This document shows, in pieces, positions 15,973-22,752 of a DNA stretch of 22,906 nt. The stretch lies in IMG/VR virus record IMGVR_UViG_3300035211_000102; one strand, 5' to 3'. A model generated the notes under the pieces. The model worked only from the letters and a program-made list of their open reading frames with translations, ran no database searches and was not told the DNA's origin. Numbering within the stretch: the first letter of the stretch is position 1; every line of letters begins with the position of its first letter. Position numbers and translations under genes: made by a program. The stretch comes from a virus.

Positions 15973-16238
15973 CTTTCCTTCAGCCTTCTCAGCCTCGCGA
16001 CAATGTTCCCGGTAAATGACTCTGGTCCACCAGGGGCCTCTATCACCCCCTCTTCCTCGTCGCAATCGAATACCCCTGAATACTCGGGATCTTCCAGCAG
16101 ATCGTCTTCGTCGTAGAAAATACCGGGCGGTATCCTGAAGTCTCCATTGGGATCCTCGCTAGATAAAACACTTCTACCCACCGAAGAACTCCTGCCCCTT
16201 TCCCCAAGGAACGCCCATCTCTGTCTAGCCTTTCCCAT
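15969..16238 (-). CDS. hypothetical acidic protein whose RBS and first 18 codons are duplicated at 17855..17921
   Basis: 89 aa, starting MGKARQRWAFLGERGRSS. AGGAAA RBS 6 nt upstream of the start. Confidence 0.45.
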   Translation of the reverse strand: MGKARQRWAFLGERGRSSSVGRSVLSSEDPNGDFRIPPGIFYDEDDLLEDPEYSGVFDCDEEEGVIEAPGGPESFTGNIVARLRRLKER

Positions 16239-16250
16239 CCAAGTTTCCTA
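16185..16250. repeat. dispersed direct repeat, copy A (RBS + start + about 18 codons)
   Basis: AGAACTCCTGCCCCTTTCCCCAAGGAACGCCCATCTCTGTCTAGCCTTTCCCAT... About 90% identical to 17855..17921. Confidence 0.7.
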
Positions 16251-16274
16251 ACCGTCCAGTGAATTAATCAAACA

Positions 16275-16583
16275 TCAATCCGCGACCTGCCTCCACCCTT
16301 CTGGAGTGTATTCCCTTTGACGAAACGCTCGGTAATCCCCTGGCGGCAATGTGATAGTTGAGTGCTCATCGTGTACAATGTCTGTTGCCTCTTGAGCACG
16401 AATATAGGCGATTCCGGCCGCTACCATCAGCGCGGCCTTCGCCCCATCACTTATTCGGTGCGTATGCCCCGTAACCTCGCCACGAACGATGATCCCGGCT
16501 TCCTGCTCTTTCGCTTCTGTCGGAATTGAATCCGTTTTCACGATAAAAATGTCACCCTGTCGATACAAATTTAGCTTACCCAT
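16275..16583 (-). CDS. hypothetical protein
   Basis: ATG at 16583 (MGKLNLYRQGDIFIVK...) preceded by CAGGAGGCG and lying 1 nt after the upstream stop. The track ORF start at 16823 would overlap the upstream gene by 240 nt. Confidence 0.5.
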   Translation of the reverse strand: MGKLNLYRQGDIFIVKTDSIPTEAKEQEAGIIVRGEVTGHTHRISDGAKAALMVAAGIAYIRAQEATDIVHDEHSTITLPPGDYRAFRQREYTPEGWRQVAD

Positions 16584-16584
16584 C

Positions 16585-17877
16585 TCACGCCTCCTGTATT
16601 GGTTCGTAGTCTTTCTCTTCCTGCCATCCGGTCCATGCAACAGCCTGATGCGCTGTCGTGCACTCGGGTGGCACTCGTAATGCATAGCGTCTATTAGTGG
16701 AAGGATCCGACACAAAAACAAATTTTGCGATAGGATCTTCCCCATCGAGGTACTCCCCGAGCCGGTCCGTACTGACGAGTGTACCATATCGGTCTGTTTG
16801 CTCAGTGGTTGCCTGAAGGTCAATTAATAAACGGTCCCACCCATATCTCTCCAGCATTACTCTCCTGATCTCCTGATTGTTTTCGGTCAGAACTTTTTGT
16901 GGCGTAATCTTTTCTGGCGACTCTATCACCCACTGTGGCACACGTACTCCATGCCACGCCCAGATGCCAAATCCGTCTGCATACTCTAAAGCCCTCCTAG
17001 ATTCATGATGCAATCTGAAATTGTCATCCCGCGTGAGAAAAATTGGACGCTCCGTAAATATCACCGCGTTATCAAGCGGCCACCACCAACCAACCTCTTT
17101 GGAAAATTCAATCATCGGCCGTAACAACTGACACTCGTCCTGCAAATATTTATAAAAATAATCATAAAATGACAGCCAACTCGAATCATGAATTCCATAT
17201 CCACATCTATGCACCTGATCCAAGACCTGATCCTTGACCTGATCCTTGACCTGAGCCTTGACTTGATCCCAGACCTGACCCCAGACCTGTTCCCTAACCT
17301 GATCCCAGACCTTAGCCCTGACCTGATCCCTGACCTGAGACTTGACCTGAGCCCATACCTGATCCCAGACCTGACCCCCTACTTGATCCCAGACCTGATC
17401 CTTGACCTGAGCCATAACTTGATCCCCGACCTGATCCCCGACCTGATCCCAGACCTGACCCCAGACCTGATCCCCGACTTGATCCCAGACCTGACCCAAG
17501 ACCTGAGCCATGACCTTATCCCCGACCTTATCCCTGACCTTATCCCTGACCTGATCCTCGACCTGAGCCCCGACCTGAGCCCAGACCTGATCCTTGACCT
17601 GAGCCATAACTTGATCCCTGGCCTTATCCTCGACCTTGCCCAGCAATACAGATCCAATCCACCCCGCTATCGGAGAGGATAACCATATTTTAATTTTTGG
17701 TGGTTCTAGCCCCGCCGACTGATAAACTGGATCAATCAGCCGTTCGCATTTTTTCCGATCACATGGTCCAGTCTGGAGACCTATTTTCAGCCATCGCTCC
17801 CGGACTCTCTGCATTCTATCTACTTGTTCCTCGTTCAATTCCGTCAATATCATCAGAACTCCTGCCCCTTTCCCCAA
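16585..17877 (-). CDS. tetrapeptide-repeat protein (x-Q-V-x)35 flanked by unique N- and C-terminal domains
   Basis: 430-aa track ORF (TTG start). About 140 central residues are in-frame [D/A/G]-Q-V-[W/K/R/M/G/E/L] repeats. The unique C-terminal domain contains WAWHGVRVPQWV...RVPPECTTAHQAVAWTGW. The true start may be the ATG at 17853 or a reinitiation ATG just after an upstream uORF. Confidence 0.6.
   Translation of the reverse strand: MGKGAGVLMILTELNEEQVDRMQRVRERWLKIGLQTGPCDRKKCERLIDPVYQSAGLEPPKIKIWLSSPIAGWIGSVLLGKVEDKARDQVMAQVKDQVWAQVGAQVEDQVRDKVRDKVGDKVMAQVLGQVWDQVGDQVWGQVWDQVGDQVGDQVMAQVKDQVWDQVGGQVWDQVWAQVKSQVRDQVRAKVWDQVREQVWGQVWDQVKAQVKDQVKDQVLDQVHRCGYGIHDSSWLSFYDYFYKYLQDECQLLRPMIEFSKEVGWWWPLDNAVIFTERPIFLTRDDNFRLHHESRRALEYADGFGIWAWHGVRVPQWVIESPEKITPQKVLTENNQEIRRVMLERYGWDRLLIDLQATTEQTDRYGTLVSTDRLGEYLDGEDPIAKFVFVSDPSTNRRYALRVPPECTTAHQAVAWTGWQEEKDYEPIQEA
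17217..17636. repeat. 35 contiguous copies of a 12-bp tandem repeat (plus-strand consensus GATCCYWGACCT)
   Basis: Directly visible in the sequence, e.g. gatccttgacct gatccttgacct gagccttgactt gatcccagacct ... The units are in frame, so the other two frames are open as well. Confidence 0.9.
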
Positions 17878-17921
17878 GGAAAGCCAACCTCTGTCTAGCC
17901 TTTTCCATCAAAATTTTCCTA
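17855..17921. repeat. dispersed direct repeat, copy B
   Basis: AGAACTCCTGCCCCTTTCCCCAAGGAAAGCCAACCTCTGTCTAGCCTTTTCCAT... This copy encodes a 30-aa uORF MEKARQRLAFLGERGRSSDDIDGIERGTSR in a different frame from the repeat-protein ORF. Confidence 0.7.
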
Positions 17922-17966
17922 TATTTTCATTGGATCTTCCTCTTACTCATGACGGCATCTCGTCGC

Positions 17967-18008
17967 CAATCTACACGCTAAATCTAATACACCCCAGTGC
18001 GTTTGTCA
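17967..18008 (-). promoter_or_regulatory. sigma70-like promoter, TTGACA-N17-TAGATT
   Basis: Minus-strand sequence TGTTGACAAACGCACTGGGGTGTATTAGATTTAGCGTGTAGATTGG. -35 at 18003-18008, -10 at 17980-17985, with a second TAGATT 7 nt further on. It overlaps the stop of the ASCH gene and lies upstream of the repeat-protein gene. Confidence 0.45.
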
Positions 18009-18766
18009 ACATTTCGGTCCACCCACGCGATAATCTCCGATTTCTCTGCCGGGATCCTCTTAAACTTTACCACCCACACCCACGGATTGCTCTCCCATGG
18101 AGCCCCACGATCCTTGTTGATCTCATCCCACTTCGCAGCGAATGCATCAACAGCATCCGATCCTGTTCCATACTTCTGGTAGGATTCAATTGAAGTGAAC
18201 TCACCATGGCTGAACTCAGGAAACCCCTCGGCAATGGCCCCTTGGTGCGTGATGTCATGAACCCGCTCGGCCCACACATCCTCGACGTCGAGAAAAATCC
18301 GAGCCATCCACTTGCACATGAACATCGAAGTGCGCCATTTCCCACGAGTTGAAATCACAGATGGACACTCTCTGAGCCCACGGCCATCTGGCCAAGAACA
18401 TTCTTCATCAGCCCTATACCAAACCGGAGGAGGAGACAGGTAAATTCCCTTGTCCCAGATAAGCCGTGGAGGACGGTCGTCGAAAAACTCGCCAGCCGCC
18501 CAGTTCTCCTTGACCCACAGCACTTCCCCCTTCTTGTACGGCTTCTTGATTACCTGCTCATCCCCCGGAACGCTCATCCTGTTGAACGACTCACGATCCT
18601 TCCTGACGCCGATCAGGACCCCGTCGTGGTCGACACTGAACATGTCAAATCTTGAGTGTCCACGGATGAGTCTCCGCGTCTCTGTCTTCTCCACGGAAAG
18701 AACCTTCAGGACAAGCTCTGGAACAAACGGGATCGGAACCATGCGCCTTCCTGTCAAGTCGAACAT
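17984..18766 (-). CDS. ASCH-domain (PUA-like) protein
   Basis: 260 aa. The N-terminal ELVLKVLSVEKTETRR matches the ASCH hallmark (L.G.KT.E.R). Confidence 0.55.
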   Translation of the reverse strand: MFDLTGRRMVPIPFVPELVLKVLSVEKTETRRLIRGHSRFDMFSVDHDGVLIGVRKDRESFNRMSVPGDEQVIKKPYKKGEVLWVKENWAAGEFFDDRPPRLIWDKGIYLSPPPVWYRADEECSWPDGRGLRECPSVISTRGKWRTSMFMCKWMARIFLDVEDVWAERVHDITHQGAIAEGFPEFSHGEFTSIESYQKYGTGSDAVDAFAAKWDEINKDRGAPWESNPWVWVVKFKRIPAEKSEIIAWVDRNVDKRTGVY

Positions 18767-18960
18767 TCGAATCTCCCCTTCGCTCTCCGCTCTCTCTCCT
18801 CCTTCGTGAACAACGTCAGTTTTCTCTCAGGAAACGGCATGGCAAGATTGTCTACGCAGTACCAAAATCCACCCTTTATGGATTCAGCCTTCGTGACATG
18901 GCCCGTACCAAATGGATAGAAGACGTAGTCCCCCACTTCGAACCTCGGCCCCCGTCCCAT
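18754..18960 (-). CDS. hypothetical protein
   Basis: 68 aa; start/stop overlap (TGATG type) with the upstream gene. Confidence 0.4.
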   Translation of the reverse strand: MGRGPRFEVGDYVFYPFGTGHVTKAESIKGGFWYCVDNLAMPFPERKLTLFTKEERERRAKGRFECST

Positions 18961-19277
18961 CAGTGCACCTTCCTATCTGGATCATCGAGATCGTACGCCT
19001 CAACCTGCCCGGCAATATAAACCTCTTTCTCTTTTCCGTGATCAGCAATCATCGCACCAAGGAACTCCATCAACATCTGAGTGCGCTCCTGTGAGCCTGC
19101 CTCTTTGTATCTCCTTCGCACGGCCTCTTCTGCCAACAGATGAGGCTTGCAGCACGAAAAGTCAGGACAGCACTCCCCATTCCCTGAATTCTCTCCGTTG
19201 TGAACAGGATCCCCTGCTACCCACCGGTCAATCTGCTCCTCTGGTGTCATTATCCGCCCCATCTTGTCCTTCTTCAT
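18960..19277 (-). CDS. hypothetical protein (CCPDFSCC motif)
   Basis: 105-aa track ORF; the start may be an internal Met (19262 or 19250). Confidence 0.4.
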   Translation of the reverse strand: MKKDKMGRIMTPEEQIDRWVAGDPVHNGENSGNGECCPDFSCCKPHLLAEEAVRRRYKEAGSQERTQMLMEFLGAMIADHGKEKEVYIAGQVEAYDLDDPDRKVH

Positions 19278-19587
19278 CTTCTCCCTCCGAGTATGTCACT
19301 TTGAATCCAAGTTTCTCCAGCCGGTCAAAGATTGTTGTCGTTCCATTCATAGCGGATTCCAGCTCCACAATCGCGTTAGCCGGTCCCTCCTCAATGGACA
19401 TAATCTTCCCGCAAAAAACCACCCCGCAACTGTCGGATGCAAGACTCCTGATCTGACACTGAGACGGATGCATCCATACGAGATGTCTATCCTCTGTCCT
19501 GAAGATCGCCGGTCTCTGCCTACCTACCGACACCCCCTTGCTACGTAGAATCTCCCATTCCACTCCCTTCGGATCAGAATCTTTCAT
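19228..19587 (-). CDS. hypothetical protein
   Basis: 119 aa; ATGA overlap with the upstream gene. Confidence 0.45.
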   Translation of the reverse strand: MKDSDPKGVEWEILRSKGVSVGRQRPAIFRTEDRHLVWMHPSQCQIRSLASDSCGVVFCGKIMSIEEGPANAIVELESAMNGTTTIFDRLEKLGFKVTYSEGEDEEGQDGADNDTRGAD

Positions 19588-19949
19588 CGAACTCCTCCTT
19601 TTCGAATCCGGAGCAATCGGTCAATTTCAGCCGCGATGAGCGCCCCGGCCTTCACCAAGAGATCTATCCTCTCACCTGGTGTATACTCTTCCGGCTTCGC
19701 TCTCACGCCCCGGTCTGAAGCTTTGCACCGGTGTCTCTTGTCATCACTCATATCCCATGGCCATGGGTCATAGAAGGATACCTGGGATGTCGTCTCCAAC
19801 ATCCTAAAGATAGGAACCGGCGCAGCGTAGCAACAAGCAGCTAGAGCTAGTTTCCCATTCTTGTGCCTATCGTCGTGCTCCGCCGTCCACCCCTCTTCTT
19901 CGATCTGACGTTTTCTCTCTTCAGCTATCAGCTCAACTCCGCTTTTCAT
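19584..19949 (-). CDS. hypothetical protein
   Basis: ATG at 19949 (MKSGVELIAEERKRQIEEEGWTAEHDD...) preceded by AAGGAG at spacing 9. The track version starts at 20009. Confidence 0.45.
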   Translation of the reverse strand: MKSGVELIAEERKRQIEEEGWTAEHDDRHKNGKLALAACCYAAPVPIFRMLETTSQVSFYDPWPWDMSDDKRHRCKASDRGVRAKPEEYTPGERIDLLVKAGALIAAEIDRLLRIRKGGVR

Positions 19950-20223
19950 CCTTCTGCTCCTTCGGAAACATCTCCTTGCATTTATCAAGAAAATCCTCTG
20001 GCTCAACATCTTTCCATTCCTCCCGGATCAGACTCAGATCGTCGAAATACGAAAGAACCCCAGTGCTCCACAGTACCAGCTTCGCAAATTTCAAATTCGG
20101 GAAGAACTTCGAAGGCGGCATCCCCGTGTTCATCCATTTCACATGGCTAGCATTCTCAATGTCTTTCAAAAGAACTGGATGCATCTTCGTGAAACAGACT
20201 ACTGTATCAAGACCCACCATCAT
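19933..20223 (-). CDS. hypothetical protein
   Basis: 96-aa ORF on the coding strand. Confidence 0.4.
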   Translation of the reverse strand: MMVGLDTVVCFTKMHPVLLKDIENASHVKWMNTGMPPSKFFPNLKFAKLVLWSTGVLSYFDDLSLIREEWKDVEPEDFLDKCKEMFPKEQKDEKRS

Positions 20224-20410
20224 TTCTCTCCATCTCTTTTTTGAAATACACTTCCCCGTCTATGTCCCGGCAACCACATTTTAGGCACCCAGTCGTAGCC
20301 ATATTTGAAATAGCATCCAAAATCCTCCATTGGCCAAGAACATTTTCATGCCCACATTTACATCGCCAAAAAGGCCCTGTAAGCCTTACTCTGTTCTGGT
20401 CGCCCATCAA
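20207..20410 (-). CDS. zinc-ribbon protein
   Basis: 67 aa: CKCGHEN ... CLKCGC. Confidence 0.4.
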   Translation of the reverse strand: MMGDQNRVRLTGPFWRCKCGHENVLGQWRILDAISNMATTGCLKCGCRDIDGEVYFKKEMERNDGGS

Positions 20411-20415
20411 TTACC

Positions 20416-21019
20416 TCATGCCCAACGCCTCACCTCTTCGCATTTTGGACACCTTCCACACCTCGATCCATTCGCCCTCGGATTTTCGCATGACCACCAA
20501 CAATGATCTGGTACCATTGCCTTTTTCAGGTCACCGATTATCTCTCTCTTGGTTTTCCATTCGAAGGGGAACTTGACCTCCGCACTGACCCCCTTCAGTG
20601 CCATCAGCGCATCGAACGCACTGACAAACTCGTGTCTGTAATGCCACATCGCATCACCCTTGATGTAAGCAAACATCACCACATCATCATCGGTGATGCA
20701 CTGAGCAATAGCCACCAACCAGATCCACATCTGTCCAGGAGGTCCAGCCTCCGACGGACCCTTGGCATCAAAGCTCCCCCCCGAACTCAATCTCCTGTGT
20801 CCTGATCCAGTACCCCTTCTTCCTAGCGAGGTCCAGGTATCTTTCCCTTGCCTTTTTCTCGGCAGACAGCTGGGTGTCCCTCAGATTTGGATATGACGAA
20901 ATCGATATTGCATGCACCGGGTAATCTTTCGACGAAACACCCGCATAATATTCGAGCAAGGCCGTTGAGTCGGCCCCACCTGACCAAACTATTACATTTC
21001 TTCCCATGAGCTTACCCAT
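20416..21019 (-). pseudogene. queC: QueC-like PP-loop ATPase (7-cyano-7-deazaguanine synthase family) interrupted by a +1 frameshift in a G7 run
   Basis: N-terminal part (track ORF 20768..21103): NVIVWSGGADSTALL is the SGGxDS PP-loop. C-terminal part (track ORF 20416..20790): CWWSCENPRANGSRCGRCPKC is the QueC-type Cys4 zinc site. The two frames meet at GGGGGGG (coding strand, plus-strand positions 20776-20782), and deleting one G fuses them. Likely start: ATG at 21019 with a GAGGTG RBS. Confidence 0.65.
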
Positions 21020-21054
21020 CCGGATGCCACCTCTTGCCATATAACGTGACCATT

Positions 21055-21309
21055 CTATGCTTTGCTGTAATCCACAGCCTTCTTGACGAACCCGAAACAC
21101 CACTCGTCCTCCGGCATGACCGGAAAAAAACCGGCCGACCCGGGCCGCTCAGACTTCGGAGGCCGCGCCTTGCAGAACCCATACCGCTTCTTCGACGCGA
21201 CAACGATCCCGAGAGTGGACAGCTTCAAATCCTTGTTGTGCTCCCACGCTCCGCAATCCTCACAGAACCCTTTGAATCCCCATGGCATCTCCTTGTCAGG
21301 CTCTCTCAT
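21055..21309 (-). CDS. hypothetical Cys-containing protein
   Basis: 84 aa: FCEDCGAWEHNKD. Confidence 0.4.
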   Translation of the reverse strand: MREPDKEMPWGFKGFCEDCGAWEHNKDLKLSTLGIVVASKKRYGFCKARPPKSERPGSAGFFPVMPEDEWCFGFVKKAVDYSKA

Positions 21310-21629
21310 CGACTCGGCTCCTGCCGACCCTGATCGGCGTACTTCTCCGGACCTCCAGGCTTTTTCTCAGGAGAAACCGGCGCATCCTTTATCTGGACCG
21401 TATCCTCGTCGCGCTTCGGTTTTACCGCCCCCTTTTCAAGGATCTCCAACTGCGGCTCATCGAAAGAATACGCCTCCACCATCTTCCCGTCTTTATCGAC
21501 CTTCGGCTGGATACTGATCCTCCTGCACCCATTGATGTACATGTGCTCTGCAACTGCGATACCCTGAAATCCAGATGCAATATCCCGAACCTTGTCACCC
21601 AGTTCAACTTTTCCCTGTTTGCTTCCCAT
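21306..21629 (-). CDS. hypothetical small protein
   Basis: ATG at 21629 (MGSKQGKVELGDKVRDIASGFQGIAVAEHMYINGCRRISIQPKV...) preceded by AGAGG at spacing 7. The track start at 21674 is a TTG. Confidence 0.45.
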   Translation of the reverse strand: MGSKQGKVELGDKVRDIASGFQGIAVAEHMYINGCRRISIQPKVDKDGKMVEAYSFDEPQLEILEKGAVKPKRDEDTVQIKDAPVSPEKKPGGPEKYADQGRQEPSR

Positions 21630-21645
21630 CTTTAAACCTCTTTCT

Positions 21646-22275
21646 TCAACGCCTGACGAAGTCAAGCTCTCCAAATTGCCCCCTAAAACACGGCTTCATC
21701 CGGACAGGAATCCACTGCCCAAGATCTCCGTCATCCGAACCAACTATTTCAATCGAAATCGGAACGCCCGACTCAATCATCTTGGCAACCGCTTTCAGGC
21801 CATGATTGTTGTACGCCTTGTCGTCGTACGGGACGATGTTCGTGAAACTCACCTCCGCCTCAGGAGAGCACTTGACATACGCCGTGGAACCATCCATGGA
21901 TCTCATCTTTATTCCGCAGACCTCCATACTCTCCTCCCTATGCGACTCATCTATCACAAAAATCTTCTTTCCAATGACATCGACCTTGAAGAACACCATC
22001 TTGCTCTCCCTGGTTATCTTGTACATCCCGTCCGAAGAAACGATCCGGACGTCCCCATAGTACGGGTCCCCCACATACACATACTGGTCACCGTCCACGC
22101 GATAACGAAACCTCTCACCCATCCTCTCAGTATCGGTCTGCGTCACCTGGAAAATTGATCCATCCAGAAACGACCCGTCAACCTTCAGGCGATCCGGGAC
22201 CTCGCGGTCAAGGACATTCCCAATCGACCTGAATGTCCCCACGAAGTCAAAAGAAAAACTCATCATATCCTCCAC
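21646..22275 (-). CDS. hypothetical protein
   Basis: 209 aa; no recognisable motif. Confidence 0.5.
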   Translation of the reverse strand: MEDMMSFSFDFVGTFRSIGNVLDREVPDRLKVDGSFLDGSIFQVTQTDTERMGERFRYRVDGDQYVYVGDPYYGDVRIVSSDGMYKITRESKMVFFKVDVIGKKIFVIDESHREESMEVCGIKMRSMDGSTAYVKCSPEAEVSFTNIVPYDDKAYNNHGLKAVAKMIESGVPISIEIVGSDDGDLGQWIPVRMKPCFRGQFGELDFVRR

Positions 22276-22304
22276 TTGTCAGCATTCAACAAAATCAAAA
22301 CTTA

Positions 22305-22341
22305 ATATCCCATAACATTCAAATTGACCCAAATTGGTCAA
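22305..22341 (-). promoter_or_regulatory. near-palindromic TTGACC-N6-GGTCAA element / promoter-like -35 (variant of the TGTTGACAA box)
   Basis: Minus-strand sequence CTGTTGACCAATTTGGGTCAATTTGAATGTTATGG. It lies in the untranslated stretch (overlapping the 3' end of the small ORF below) upstream of the gene starting at 22275. Confidence 0.3.
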
Positions 22342-22498
22342 CAGACAACTCCTCATCACCTACAATGTTTTCGAGCTTCTTTGCCTTCGCGGTTATCTCA
22401 GCTATCCTCCTCATGGCGCAATCGGCCTCTTCCGGATTCGTCCGAGGGTCGCTCGCGACAGCGACAAGCTTCTCCAGTAGCTTCGAGTAATCCATCAT
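22319..22498 (-). CDS. unannotated small ORF (59 aa), hypothetical
   Basis: MMDYSKLLEKLVAVASDPRTNPEEADCAMRRIAEITAKAKKLENIVGDEELSVDQFGSI. Starts 17 nt after the stop of 22516..22752 and fills a 240-bp gap. The RBS is weak (GGCGGAAG). Confidence 0.35.
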   Translation of the reverse strand: MMDYSKLLEKLVAVASDPRTNPEEADCAMRRIAEITAKAKKLENIVGDEELSVDQFGSI

Positions 22499-22515
22499 CT
22501 TCCGCCAAAGCCCAT

Positions 22516-22752
22516 CTACACCTCAGCCAACATGTCAGAAAGGGTCGCCCGAATGATCGCCCGATGCGTTCGAAAAATCTCATCCTGAATCTCTTCGTCC
22601 AGCTCTTCCCATGTCTGCCGGAACCCGCGCCGGTCCTTCAGATCGGCAATGATCCTCCACGTGACCCTGTCCAACGGTGATAACCCGGCGAACCTCTCAT
22701 TTTTCTTATCCAAGTCCTCGTACAGATACTCGAACAGCTCATTGTAATCCAT
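22516..22752 (-). CDS. hypothetical acidic protein
   Basis: 78-aa ORF on the coding strand. Confidence 0.45.
   Translation of the reverse strand: MDYNELFEYLYEDLDKKNERFAGLSPLDRVTWRIIADLKDRRGFRQTWEELDEEIQDEIFRTHRAIIRATLSDMLAEV

Noticed and set aside
17217-17636. CRISPR array?
   Set aside because: The units are only 12 bp, directly abutting with no spacers, and they are in frame inside a protein-coding gene. This is a coding tandem repeat, not CRISPR.
17188-17682. Plus-strand 164-aa ORF (LIPDL repeats) and minus-strand 92-aa ORF 17379..17657 (RSGIRSG repeats)
   Set aside because: Both are open only because the 12-bp tandem repeat lacks stops in every frame. The frame continuous with the unique flanking domains (x-Q-V-x) is the real one.
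22324-22680. Plus-strand 118-aa ORF and minus-strand 61-aa ORF 22398..22583
   Set aside because: They overlap the supported 22516..22752 gene and the co-directional 59-aa ORF. Arg/Ser/Pro-rich composition marks them as artefacts.
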